Source: a virus
Length of the DNA: 64,000 bases
IMG/VR virus record: IMGVR_UViG_3300034071_001657
Direction: 5' to 3' (one strand)
The notes beneath the pieces are model-generated. The model had not been told where the DNA came from and ran no database searches. It was given only the letters and a program-made list of their open reading frames with translations. The stretch's first letter is position 1; every line of letters begins with the position of its first letter. The position numbers and the translations under genes are program-made. Below are positions 28,846-38,073 of this stretch, piece by piece.

Positions 28846-28989
28846 TTAAACTTTGACGTATTCGTCTTTGTGGCATCCGCAGTCTGGACAGAGCCAAAAC
28901 TGAGGAAGGTCTTTCCACTTTTTACCTTCTTTTTCTTCATCGTACTCATGACCACAAACATCACACACATATACTTCATATGATTCCAT
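28846..28989 (-). CDS. Rubredoxin (47 aa, below ORF-track cutoff)
   Basis: MESYEVYVCDVCGHEYDEEKEGKKWKDLPQFWLCPDCGCHKDEYVKV: CxxCG...LP..W.CPxCG; AGGAGA SD. Confidence 0.9.
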   Translation of the reverse strand: MESYEVYVCDVCGHEYDEEKEGKKWKDLPQFWLCPDCGCHKDEYVKV

Positions 28990-28993
28990 GATT

Positions 28994-29088
28994 TCTCCTT
29001 TTCAGCGAGATAAAAATTGTCACCCCGAAGGCGTGACAGGCAGTTTTACCTAGGGTGCCCAGCCTAGTCCCATCCCGAATGAGATGGT
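28994..29088 (-). promoter_or_regulatory. Structured 5' leader ending in a ROSE-like hairpin
   Basis: Hairpin CCAUCUC/GGGAUGG, pseudoknot CUAGG/CCUAG with GGGCA/UGCCU, cUUCGg hairpin, then UCUCGCU-GAAA-AGGAGA. Confidence 0.55.
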
Positions 29089-29096
29089 CTAGTATG

Positions 29097-29104
29097 TATT
29101 TATA
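29097..29104 (-). promoter_or_regulatory. T4-type late promoter inside an 11-bp inverted repeat
   Basis: TGGTCTAGTATAAATACATACTAGACCA. Confidence 0.7.
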
Positions 29105-29124
29105 CTAGACCAGGTGATGCTAGA

Positions 29125-29352
29125 TCACGATTGCCATGCCATCCGACGGGAAATGAAGTATACGGTGCGGCCGCTCTTGTTTTGTTCGGTGCGAATGCGA
29201 TAACCTTCTTGACGAAGTTCGCTCATGCGGGCACGGAGATTACCGATGCCGAAGAGTGCGCGGGCTTGAGGTGCGGTGAGGCCGCGATTCTTGCCGCGAA
29301 GGAAGGTGACGAGGGTTTGGTTCTGGGTCATGCTGGTTTTAACGAATGCCAT
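29125..29352 (-). CDS. Small winged-helix DNA-binding protein
   Basis: LTAPQARALFGIGNLRARMSELRQEGY HTH pattern; GGAG SD before ATG 29352. Confidence 0.75.
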   Translation of the reverse strand: MAFVKTSMTQNQTLVTFLRGKNRGLTAPQARALFGIGNLRARMSELRQEGYRIRTEQNKSGRTVYFISRRMAWQS

Positions 29353-29448
29353 AATTATACTCCGTTTCAAATCAAGTTAAGAATTAGTGCTGTCTTTGCA
29401 CTGTTATAATTCTCTCATAATTTATATGAGAAGTCAAACAATTTTCGG

Positions 29449-29886
29449 TTAACGTTTCATTGTTGCCGAAAACATCCAAATGTGCTTCGATAGAGCATCG
29501 ATCCGACCGGCGATAAAGTCGCTCAGGCCATAAGTTTTGCTCTGCTCAGAGAGTTCAAAGAGAGGAATTAGTTGTGCTTTGCAGGTATTGAGGTCTTGAA
29601 GAGTTCTAGAAATCATCGTCATTGCATCGGCTACCATTATTTCGTCGGCAATCTGAGACAACTCGGTGAATCTGGAAAAACTTCCTGGTGTGTATGCACC
29701 CAAGGCACGAATTTCTTCGGCAAAAACGTCAACACTATCTGAAATTTCTTGATAAAGTTCACCGAAAAGCTTGTGATACTGCACAAAGTCTGGACCTTCT
29801 ACGTTCCAATGATAGTTTTGTGCTTTCAATTGTAGTGCGTATGCATTTGCTAGGGCAATTTTCATACCTTGAATAAGTTCTTCCAT
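29449..29886 (-). CDS. dps: Dps / DNA-binding ferritin-like protein
   Basis: YHWNVEGPDF...H.LF.ELY...D..AE.IRALG...KHIWMF. Confidence 0.92.
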   Translation of the reverse strand: MEELIQGMKIALANAYALQLKAQNYHWNVEGPDFVQYHKLFGELYQEISDSVDVFAEEIRALGAYTPGSFSRFTELSQIADEIMVADAMTMISRTLQDLNTCKAQLIPLFELSEQSKTYGLSDFIAGRIDALSKHIWMFSATMKR

Positions 29887-29916
29887 TATGTTTCCTTTAA
29901 AGTTTCGAGTATAACT

Positions 29917-29924
29917 TATTTATG
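29917..29924 (-). promoter_or_regulatory. T4-type late promoter for dps
   Basis: CATAAATA about 30 nt upstream of the ATG. Confidence 0.6.
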
Positions 29925-29933
29925 ATCGAATGT

Positions 29934-31112
29934 CTATAGTCCGTATCGACTTCTAGAAGAAATATAGTTTTGATAAATTTCGGATGCGGTCAATGCCCTA
30001 TTATAAATTCGAACGTCTGATAATCGACCTGGAAACGCACTATCGCCTGAAGTATTTTGTGCACCAATCGCAATATCCATATTTCCAGAAGATGTTATTG
30101 ATTTCCCCGCATCATTAGCAGAAGCGTTTAATACTCCGTTGAAATAAGTTTTCAGTCCAACATTATCATAAACTCCTGTGATATGATGCCATACATTAGT
30201 GGATAAAGTTTGACCACCATCTATTGCGTAAACCCCAGACACACCACCATCATATTGCCAAAATATTCTACTGCTAGGATTAATTAGTAAACATATTCCA
30301 TTTTCTACATTCACTTTATTAGATATAATACCCGCCCAATAATTCGGCGCGGAAGTTCTATAAACCCAAGCTGAAAAAGTACAAGAATTTCCGATCAAAA
30401 AGTTCATTCCATTTGTGATGTATCCAAAATCATTTGTTCCGTCAAGAACTAATGCTCCACTATTGTTTGAATTATATGATAAACCATTTGTTAAAATTAA
30501 ATGATTATTTCTTCCACTTAAATCCAACATTGAGGGAAAAGTTCCTCTTTCCATTTTCAAGTTTGTATAGTATCGATATCCTGTGTATGCACTACCACCA
30601 TATCCAACGAACCAAGCAAAATCATTATTGTAATCACTCGGTGTGGTGATTAGATCATAACAATACTTCCAAGTAATGCCGTTCACAACAACCGTTTTTA
30701 AAACTGTTCCTATACCAATTCCAAGTGCAACGTGTGCGCCAGAACTACTATGTGCCCTACAGTGAAACATTCTGCTTCCGTCTGCGCAACTATAGTCACT
30801 AGATTCTGCATACCAACCACTTAAACAGTATGCTGTACTTGCAACTAATTGTGATGTAAGGTTGATTTGATATTCGGTATAAGCAACAGTGCCTGTCTGT
30901 CTTAGTACAAACGCACTGTCTCCAGGATTAGGAAACGCAATTACTTCATTCGTTGGATTACTACCACTCTCGTAAGGCATACCAGAGCCATCACCAAACG
31001 CACTATTGGTATAGAAGTTTGATGAAAAGACTGTTTGGTTTTTGATTGTTCCTGCATCCATGCAGAAAACTAAACCATTAGCGACTCCGTTTGGTCCTGA
31101 TGAAGAACTCAT
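29934..31112 (-). CDS. LamG/ConA-like lectin protein, long form with inserted domain (paralog 7)
   Basis: GLVFCMDAG; LDGTND; WHHITGVYD; VRIYNRALTASEIYQNY...SRYGL. Confidence 0.85.
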   Translation of the reverse strand: MSSSSGPNGVANGLVFCMDAGTIKNQTVFSSNFYTNSAFGDGSGMPYESGSNPTNEVIAFPNPGDSAFVLRQTGTVAYTEYQINLTSQLVASTAYCLSGWYAESSDYSCADGSRMFHCRAHSSSGAHVALGIGIGTVLKTVVVNGITWKYCYDLITTPSDYNNDFAWFVGYGGSAYTGYRYYTNLKMERGTFPSMLDLSGRNNHLILTNGLSYNSNNSGALVLDGTNDFGYITNGMNFLIGNSCTFSAWVYRTSAPNYWAGIISNKVNVENGICLLINPSSRIFWQYDGGVSGVYAIDGGQTLSTNVWHHITGVYDNVGLKTYFNGVLNASANDAGKSITSSGNMDIAIGAQNTSGDSAFPGRLSDVRIYNRALTASEIYQNYISSRSRYGL

Positions 31113-31846
31113 AGTCCGTATCTTCCTTTCCAAGAAATCCAATTCGACGATACTTCAGTTTGAGTAAATGGAAAATTGTAGACTTTTATTGTTGAGCGTC
31201 TACCAAAAAATTTCCATCCGTATAGTGTTCCGAACAAGCATCCGCCACCATCATAAACACTAGTTCCTGAAGTATTATTTGTATTTCCTGTTCCTATTAA
31301 ATTTCCATTTATATAAAACGAAAAAGTGTTTGCTGATCTATTCCAAACCATTGTTCTAAGTCGCCATGTGTTAAATGTATTATATGGGCTAGGGACAGTA
31401 AAGATAATTTCGTCTTCATACGATCCACCAGAACTGCTTGACATGCCCATTTTAAAAGAGCCTACACCTATACCATGTTGCCAATCAAATCCTGTCGCTC
31501 CACCACCATAGGCACTATCACTTACAACAGACCCGCCGTCGGCCTCTGGATAATTCGTTGAATATGTATATACAGATTCCTCTATTGTCCATCCTCCAGT
31601 AGTTGTACTGAAAGTATTATTAATAGTTGTAGAATTTGATGTTGAGATATAAAAAAAATCAGAAGTATTAGAAGAATTTTGAAGCCATGTATTCGACTTC
31701 TCTCCCAGATTAATTGTTCCATGATTGCCATTTCCGCTCAGATCATACCATGTGGTTCCACTTCCTGGATAGCTTTTAACATTAGCGGCATCATACGACA
31801 AAATCAGTCCCGACAACACCGTTTTTGCTCCATGAAACAAGCTCAT
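31109..31846 (-). CDS. LamG/ConA-like lectin protein, short form (paralog 6)
   Basis: YDAANVKSYPGSGTTWYDLSG...KGRYGL; start MSLFHG at 31846. Confidence 0.8.
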   Translation of the reverse strand: MSLFHGAKTVLSGLILSYDAANVKSYPGSGTTWYDLSGNGNHGTINLGEKSNTWLQNSSNTSDFFYISTSNSTTINNTFSTTTGGWTIEESVYTYSTNYPEADGGSVVSDSAYGGGATGFDWQHGIGVGSFKMGMSSSSGGSYEDEIIFTVPSPYNTFNTWRLRTMVWNRSANTFSFYINGNLIGTGNTNNTSGTSVYDGGGCLFGTLYGWKFFGRRSTIKVYNFPFTQTEVSSNWISWKGRYGL

Positions 31847-32559
31847 ATACCATACCTTCCGCGTAGGGCTTGAAAATTTTGCGCGATCTCTGCCGCGCTT
31901 AATGCTTTTTTGTATGCCTTGATTACCGATAGTTTTCCAGTATATATGCCGCAGCAAGGACTGCGCACAATTCCAGGTGCAGACGCATTCTGTGCTGTCT
32001 GTGATGCAGGTAAGCCTAGGTAATCCTGATATACTCCATCCAAGTACAATAAAACTCTTGGAGAGCCAGCCACAGAGCCTGTTCTATTGAACACTGCAAC
32101 TACCTGATGCCATTTGTTGTTATCAAAAGAACTGGTATATGCAGCAGCGCCCTCTGTGTAATCAGGACCACATAGAGCATATATTCCATTCGTGCCAACA
32201 CCAAATCTGAATCCATCACCACCGCCGGCGTTACTTATCAGTCCAACTTGACCAGAAGAAGAGTTAACATTTTTAACCCAAACTTCAAACGTGTAATCTC
32301 CTGTGCTATTGGTAATAGCACCACTAAGACTAAAACCTAGAGAAGAATCTGCCGAATAACTGCCTGATGCTGTCGCAAAGTTAAAACATCTAGTAACATC
32401 AGTTTCAAAAGGTACAGAGCCAAACATAGAAGCAGTAATACCACTCGAACTTAAATCGGTCCATGTGGTTCCGCTGCCAGGATAACTTTTTGTGTTACCT
32501 GCATCCAAACACAAGGATAAATTCTCGGTGACCGATCTAGGACTGTAAAAAATTGCCAT
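31843..32559 (-). CDS. LamG/ConA-like lectin protein, short form (paralog 5)
   Basis: LDAGNTKSYPGSGTTWTDLS...WHQVVAVF...[12 protein letters not shown]. Confidence 0.85.
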   Translation of the reverse strand: MAIFYSPRSVTENLSLCLDAGNTKSYPGSGTTWTDLSSSGITASMFGSVPFETDVTRCFNFATASGSYSADSSLGFSLSGAITNSTGDYTFEVWVKNVNSSSGQVGLISNAGGGDGFRFGVGTNGIYALCGPDYTEGAAAYTSSFDNNKWHQVVAVFNRTGSVAGSPRVLLYLDGVYQDYLGLPASQTAQNASAPGIVRSPCCGIYTGKLSVIKAYKKALSAAEIAQNFQALRGRYGI

Positions 32560-32560
32560 A

Positions 32561-32818
32561 TTACATCTCAGTAGGTCTCATCGGCAGCGTCCACTCTTCA
32601 TTGCTGAGAATAGCTAAGATTTCTTCGTGCGTATATGGGCCCTCTGCGCCTGTGAGTTCTAGTGTAGAAGCAGGTCTTTCACCTTCCCACTTCACAAATG
32701 TCTTTGTGCCATCTACACTTTTTCTTACTGTGTCGGCAGATGATTCTAACACTTCATTGAAGTTTACTTTGTCTAACTCTGAGACTGAAAAGATTAAATA
32801 ATTTCTATCGTTGTACAT
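32561..32818 (-). CDS. Small acidic protein within the LamG array
   Basis: AGGAG SD; VRKSVDGTKTFVKW...YTHEEILAIL. Confidence 0.7.
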   Translation of the reverse strand: MYNDRNYLIFSVSELDKVNFNEVLESSADTVRKSVDGTKTFVKWEGERPASTLELTGAEGPYTHEEILAILSNEEWTLPMRPTEM

Positions 32819-32831
32819 TATGTTCTCCTGA

Positions 32832-33569
32832 TTAAATAACATTATATCTATTTCTATGCGCTTTATACTGTACGTTCACCTGTGAAGCAGTATGAGCAAC
32901 ATCATTATAAACTTGCATTGAACCCATGTCTCCGGAATAATATCCCCACCCCCAAAACACTCCAACACTGCCCATATTTCCGCCGCCTAATACTCTAGGT
33001 GAAGATACTGTCAAAACATAATCTTGTACACCGTTGACATACATGGTCATCGTTGTTGCACTTGATCTTATAAATGCAAGATGCTGCCACGTTCCTGTGT
33101 TAACAGACGCACCAGTGCTTGTATAGTAGTTCCACTGTCCATCGTATTGAAGATAATATAGTTTTCCACCATTTAATCCGTACCCGACGTTTACTGGTCC
33201 ACCGCTCCAATGAGAGAAAAATCCCATCTGAGCAGATGATGTTGTTCGTATCCAAAAGTATACGCTGCATACTGTTGACAGTAATACTGGCGTGCTTGTA
33301 TTACCAGTGACACTATCTTGCATAGAAAAATAATCGTTTGTCCCATCAAACGACATATAGCCTAGATGGTCTGATCTAAATATTGGGCCGTTGTTCAGTG
33401 TGCTATTTACATTTCCTTGTAAATCATATGCAGTAGAAGAGCCAGAGGTGAATGATAGTGGTCGAGCAAAATCTATAGCATATGTTAAATTGGTGGGTAT
33501 TAAACCTACTAGAGAATTTTGTCTCGACTGATTCGCCCAATTTGTAGAAACTCCGTGATTTAGTCCCAT
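32832..33569 (-). CDS. LamG/ConA-like lectin protein, short form (paralog 4)
   Basis: [21 protein letters not shown]-terminal [11 protein letters not shown]. Confidence 0.82.
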   Translation of the reverse strand: MGLNHGVSTNWANQSRQNSLVGLIPTNLTYAIDFARPLSFTSGSSTAYDLQGNVNSTLNNGPIFRSDHLGYMSFDGTNDYFSMQDSVTGNTSTPVLLSTVCSVYFWIRTTSSAQMGFFSHWSGGPVNVGYGLNGGKLYYLQYDGQWNYYTSTGASVNTGTWQHLAFIRSSATTMTMYVNGVQDYVLTVSSPRVLGGGNMGSVGVFWGWGYYSGDMGSMQVYNDVAHTASQVNVQYKAHRNRYNVI

Positions 33570-33571
33570 TT

Positions 33572-34750
33572 CTATACTCCGTACCTTCCACGTAATGCTT
33601 GAAAGTTTTGTATCACTTGTTGTGTGGATAACGCGAGATTATAAAATTTTACGTTACTGATTGAACCAGACCAATATGCCCCGCCGCCAGTCCAATCATA
33701 AATTGATCCGCCTATTTTTACACTGTTGCTCTTATTGACGTTTGTAGATGCATTAGTCCATGTATTAGTAGAAATTAGTACGCCATTCGCATATAGATAT
33801 AATTCATTAGCGGTATGTGACCAAACAACTGTAATATTTTTCCATACGTTAGCTTGAAAAACAGAAGACACTTCTGGAGTAGGCCCGTTGCCATGACCTC
33901 CTCCAGTATCCCAATACACAAAGCCTAAATTACTGCCGTTTTGTCTTACTTGCCATTCCCAATCTAACCCTTTGCCTATTATGCCTCTAGTTTGGGAAAC
34001 AGTTGATGGCTTACACCAAAAATCTATAGACGCACTATTTGTATTGTTCCAACTTAAATCTAAACCTGTATCTATGTAATCGTCTGTAGCATCAAAACTA
34101 AAAGTGCCATCCGAAGCATACGATAAATTTTGTGCGGTGATAGTATTATTATTTGTTAAATCTAAAATAGCCTGTGTGTTTGATCTTGTACCATCTACAA
34201 ACGGTGAATAAATTGAACCTGCTTCCATTTGAGGCTCTTTCAATTCAAAGATATGATTGTACGTCGTGTAATCATCACCGTCCTGCATAAACCATAAAAC
34301 TCTTGTTGTATTAGCAGGCGTTGTTAAAGTAATAAAAGCTGTTTGCCAATCCTCTTTATCAGTAATACCTAATTGTGCTGTAGTAGCAAATGACATCGTG
34401 CTTATGTAGCTGACGCCATTATAAGCTTGAATTTGAAAACGTAAGGTGGGCGCGCCTGCTATTTTTCTATATTTTACAGAAAATGTATATGTTGTACTTG
34501 CTGATACACCTTCAATATATGTATTTTGACGAGTATTTTGATTTATATCAGAGATTGTACAATAATAAGTGCTATTAATAGTACGTGTTCCAATATTACC
34601 TTGACCTGAACCATCAACTGACCATGCTGCCCACGAAGGATTTACTAAATTTGTGGTAGGTTTACCTTTCCAAGACTTCTCGGTGTTATTCGCATCATAA
34701 CAGAAAACCAGACCACTAGTAGAAATTTCTGGACCTGAGAATGCACTCAT
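33572..34750 (-). CDS. LamG/ConA-like lectin protein, long form with CBM-like insert (paralog 3)
   Basis: [10 protein letters not shown]; insert ending PQMEAG; [12 protein letters not shown]. Confidence 0.85.
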   Translation of the reverse strand: MSAFSGPEISTSGLVFCYDANNTEKSWKGKPTTNLVNPSWAAWSVDGSGQGNIGTRTINSTYYCTISDINQNTRQNTYIEGVSASTTYTFSVKYRKIAGAPTLRFQIQAYNGVSYISTMSFATTAQLGITDKEDWQTAFITLTTPANTTRVLWFMQDGDDYTTYNHIFELKEPQMEAGSIYSPFVDGTRSNTQAILDLTNNNTITAQNLSYASDGTFSFDATDDYIDTGLDLSWNNTNSASIDFWCKPSTVSQTRGIIGKGLDWEWQVRQNGSNLGFVYWDTGGGHGNGPTPEVSSVFQANVWKNITVVWSHTANELYLYANGVLISTNTWTNASTNVNKSNSVKIGGSIYDWTGGGAYWSGSISNVKFYNLALSTQQVIQNFQALRGRYGV

Positions 34751-35481
34751 ATGCTATATCTTCCACGATGAGCTTGAAAATTTTGTTGTATATCGGTGTT
34801 CGAAAATTTAAATCCATATATTTTTACCACACTAATTCTTCCACTGTACCATCCAGATGATCCTCCTCGACTACCGAGATAAAGTGTATAGTTACCAAAG
34901 CTTCCTGAGCTAGTCGAAGTGCTTGTAGGATATCCAGGACCAGTAACAAAATTTACTAAATTACCATCGCAGTATGTCAGTCTTCCTGTGCTATCGGATA
35001 CTTTAGAAAAAATATTAACATGTGTATTCCAAACAAATCCAGCCGTTTGTATTGCTGGCGGAGAATGTAAATAATTTCTTACTGCAACACCATTATGATT
35101 AGTGTGATGCATGCCTGAAGAGAAACTATTTCCGTCGCTATTAACAGATAACCCCCAAGCACCGCTGTTTGAATTCCAATCCGCACTATGCTCAATCAGC
35201 ATCGATGATGGGCCTCCAGCTAACCTAAACCATATTTCGCATACTATGTAATCATATGAACTAAGATTTATAGTATTTGTAGAAGCAGCAAAATCATTGA
35301 AGCCATCGAATACAATTGCACCGTCGAGAAATCCGATACCATTGTAAAGTGTAAAATGATTACCGTTTCCACTTATATCAAACCAAGTGCTTCCACTGCC
35401 AGGGTAACTTTTTGTGTTGGCTGCATCTAAACACAGCACCAATGCGTTTGTAACGATTCTAGGACTATGATTAAGTGCCAT
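34747..35481 (-). CDS. LamG/ConA-like lectin protein, short form (paralog 2)
   Basis: LDAANTKSYPGSGSTWFDISG...[12 protein letters not shown]. Confidence 0.82.
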   Translation of the reverse strand: MALNHSPRIVTNALVLCLDAANTKSYPGSGSTWFDISGNGNHFTLYNGIGFLDGAIVFDGFNDFAASTNTINLSSYDYIVCEIWFRLAGGPSSMLIEHSADWNSNSGAWGLSVNSDGNSFSSGMHHTNHNGVAVRNYLHSPPAIQTAGFVWNTHVNIFSKVSDSTGRLTYCDGNLVNFVTGPGYPTSTSTSSGSFGNYTLYLGSRGGSSGWYSGRISVVKIYGFKFSNTDIQQNFQAHRGRYSI

Positions 35482-35483
35482 TT

Positions 35484-36647
35484 TTATAATCCGTATCTTC
35501 CGCGAAGAGCTTGATAATTTTGTCGAATTTCTGCCGCTGACAAAGGACGATTGTATAATCTAACAGAAGAAATATTTGAACTACTAGGATATCCGCCGGC
35601 ATTATAGTCGCCTATGTATGTTGTTGCAGTATATGTTGTTGGCTGATTAGTCATTACCTGCGTAGCCTCTTGAGAGCCATTGACATAAATCGTCATATTT
35701 GCCCCATCGAAAGTACCAACAACATGATACCAAACACCAGTTGTAAATACTGTAGTCGAATATATCACACTATATGATGATGCCGTTGTTCCTATAACTT
35801 CCCACCTCATTTGATTAGTGCTTCCTGGCATCCAAAAATTTACATAAGACGATGAATTAAATCCGAAAAAGCCTTGATTTCGATTTATGGCATTCAGTTT
35901 TATCCAGGACTCTAACGTTCCGCCTGATGAGAAATTAAATTCTCTTGAAGTAATAACGATTCTATCGTCGATTCCATCAAATAAGATACTTCCTCTGTTA
36001 GAAGAATTATATGACGGACCGTTGGTTAATGTTCCATCATTTCCGCGAAGGGTTAAATCATTCCATGCGTTTCCGTTTTGATTATAAAAAGGACTAAAGT
36101 TCGTAGCGGCACTTCCTCTTTCTAGTTGCAGTCCGTCAACCCACATTGTTACACCTGTATTATAATTATCTATGCGCACCTGAACAAATGCAGTAGTTCC
36201 TTGCGTCATCGTATACGACCCCGACACTCTGGTCCAGCCAGTAGTTACGCTATAAAATGTTTGTCCAAGTGCTGTGTAATTGCCAGAAGAGTTTGCTTCA
36301 AATATCATCAAAGAAGCAGTGTGTGACGTTGCGCCTTTTACCCAAAAACTAAATGTCCAAGTTTGTCCTATCGCTGCCGGAGCAAGATTCCATGTAGATG
36401 AATTATAAGTGCCTGTATACGCACTAGAACCACTAGTAACTATTTTTAGTGGAACACCTCCGACAGGACTATCGGTAACAGAACTATCTCTAGATAGAGT
36501 CATTTGATACCCACCACCAGGACCGAACCAAGTATGTGAATCCAAAGGTTGAGGAAATACATTCAGACTGTAGCTTTTCATATTAGCGGAATCAAGGGAA
36601 AAAATTACTCCGCTGGTTGAAACTCTAGGACTGTAACTTATACCCAT
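35484..36647 (-). CDS. LamG/ConA-like lectin protein, long form with CBM-like insert (paralog 1)
   Basis: WTFSFWVKG...WTRVS...VDGLQLERG insert; WYHVVGTFDG; [12 protein letters not shown]. Confidence 0.85.
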   Translation of the reverse strand: MGISYSPRVSTSGVIFSLDSANMKSYSLNVFPQPLDSHTWFGPGGGYQMTLSRDSSVTDSPVGGVPLKIVTSGSSAYTGTYNSSTWNLAPAAIGQTWTFSFWVKGATSHTASLMIFEANSSGNYTALGQTFYSVTTGWTRVSGSYTMTQGTTAFVQVRIDNYNTGVTMWVDGLQLERGSAATNFSPFYNQNGNAWNDLTLRGNDGTLTNGPSYNSSNRGSILFDGIDDRIVITSREFNFSSGGTLESWIKLNAINRNQGFFGFNSSSYVNFWMPGSTNQMRWEVIGTTASSYSVIYSTTVFTTGVWYHVVGTFDGANMTIYVNGSQEATQVMTNQPTTYTATTYIGDYNAGGYPSSSNISSVRLYNRPLSAAEIRQNYQALRGRYGL

Positions 36648-36904
36648 CAGAAACTCTCTCCACAGATATGATTTTCCGTGATTGCTCTGATGGCACGAAC
36701 GTATTCAAATGATGTCAAATTATTCTGTTGAAGAACCATGTCTACTGAATTCCAAAATCCATCGATGACTTCCTGTGAGCATTCGCAACTACATATAGCG
36801 CGATATGGCACATATCCAAATGGTGCATTGTTGAAATCTATTTCACTTTCAACATCGCCTTGTATCATGCCTTGCGTCGTTAATATTTGAAAAGTGTATT
36901 TCAT
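36647..36904 (-). CDS. Hypothetical protein
   Basis: 85 aa ORF translationally coupled on both sides. Confidence 0.6.
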   Translation of the reverse strand: MKYTFQILTTQGMIQGDVESEIDFNNAPFGYVPYRAICSCECSQEVIDGFWNSVDMVLQQNNLTSFEYVRAIRAITENHICGESF

Positions 36905-37659
36905 TATCTTACCATTATCATGTATTGATTGGTTCCGCCATGTGTTAATCCATTGGAGACATAGGTATTGTTTTCAAAGTTTCCGCTACCGTCAGTAGTT
37001 GATCCTCCGCACCATGGACCAGCGTAATAGAAATTTGCGCCACAGTATGTAGTGACCATAGAAGTAGGCACACCACCATACCCTGCAAATCCGCAACAAT
37101 CTCGCATGTAGTAAATATTGCTACTAGTTCCTGTTACAGGATAACCTATTGCGCCTTGCATACCAGGAAATGAATCCGTTCCGTAGACTGCGGTGTTACT
37201 TTTTAGTGTTGATGTTGACGCACCTTGTTGAGTATCGCTAGTCAAAAAAGTAGTGTAGCTTATATCAAACCTTTTGTATATGAAAGGTCCCCAAGCATTA
37301 TTATTTATGTTCGCTCTGTTGCCAAATATAAACTCTGTAAATGTTCTACTGGTTGCATGCCAATATGTCCACCATCCGGCTTGATATGCTTGCGTGAAAT
37401 CTTTTACTGAGCCTATTGGACCACCTTGCCAGCCCCAATTCTGCCCATTGTAATTCACTACCGACGGATGGCTTCTTGCTATCATCATCCAGCCACCGCC
37501 GTCTGTAGTCATGTCGCACCAGACTAGTTGTCCAGAATTATTTCTTCCATTTGGCCATAGCATGTAATAATTATCTTTTTGATAAAGATAAGGATATTTT
37601 TCAAGTAATTCTTTAGCGGTGGATGCCTTAGAGGTGTCTTGATTATAAACTAGTGCCAT
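36904..37659 (-). CDS. Fibrinogen-like (FReD N-terminal motif) domain protein
   Basis: VWCDMTTDGGGWMMIA motif. Confidence 0.75.
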   Translation of the reverse strand: MALVYNQDTSKASTAKELLEKYPYLYQKDNYYMLWPNGRNNSGQLVWCDMTTDGGGWMMIARSHPSVVNYNGQNWGWQGGPIGSVKDFTQAYQAGWWTYWHATSRTFTEFIFGNRANINNNAWGPFIYKRFDISYTTFLTSDTQQGASTSTLKSNTAVYGTDSFPGMQGAIGYPVTGTSSNIYYMRDCCGFAGYGGVPTSMVTTYCGANFYYAGPWCGGSTTDGSGNFENNTYVSNGLTHGGTNQYMIMVR

Positions 37660-37665
37660 AGAAAT

Positions 37666-38073
37666 TTAGTCCCTTCTTTTTTTATTTCCTATGTTGTACT
37701 TAGCAACTAGTTCCCATTCATTACGTTCAGAATATGCAATGATCTTAATCTGAGAAAGTGGAGCAATTAAGTCCCGTGTGACACTCTTGTCAACTAGAGA
37801 CACAAGCCCCCATTCTTCTAATAGGTTTACGATAGTATTTCTTCGAGCAACATCGTTGTCATCGAAGTCTGTTGGTTTGCCATCAAGTCCGAAAAGTTCT
37901 TTGAAGTGTACAATGTAATATTTGCCACGTTTATGTAGAATATGACAAGATTGATAAAGCTTCTTTTCTTTTCTCGATGCAACCCCGATTCTTGTTAAAG
38001 TTTCTCTGACCTTTAAAAAATCGTCTTCCGAAGGCAACAAAACTTCAACTAATGTTTCCACGCTTATGGTCAT
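37666..38073 (-). CDS. regA: Translational repressor RegA
   Basis: DDFLKVRETLTRIGVAS...LYQSCHILHKRGKYYIVHFKELF. Confidence 0.97.
   Translation of the reverse strand: MTISVETLVEVLLPSEDDFLKVRETLTRIGVASRKEKKLYQSCHILHKRGKYYIVHFKELFGLDGKPTDFDDNDVARRNTIVNLLEEWGLVSLVDKSVTRDLIAPLSQIKIIAYSERNEWELVAKYNIGNKKRRD

Noticed and set aside
31846-31957. Long N-terminal extensions given by the ORF track (also 46477-46635, 40786-40845, 45064-45132, 3901-3960)
   Set aside because: They overlap upstream genes or promoters; downstream ATGs have better SD or coupling and match paralog or family N-termini.
29934-36647. Diversity-generating retroelement or shufflon as the source of the LamG array
   Set aside because: No reverse transcriptase, no template/variable repeat pair differing at adenines, and no invertase or inverted crossover sites; the similarity is protein-level with synonymous divergence.
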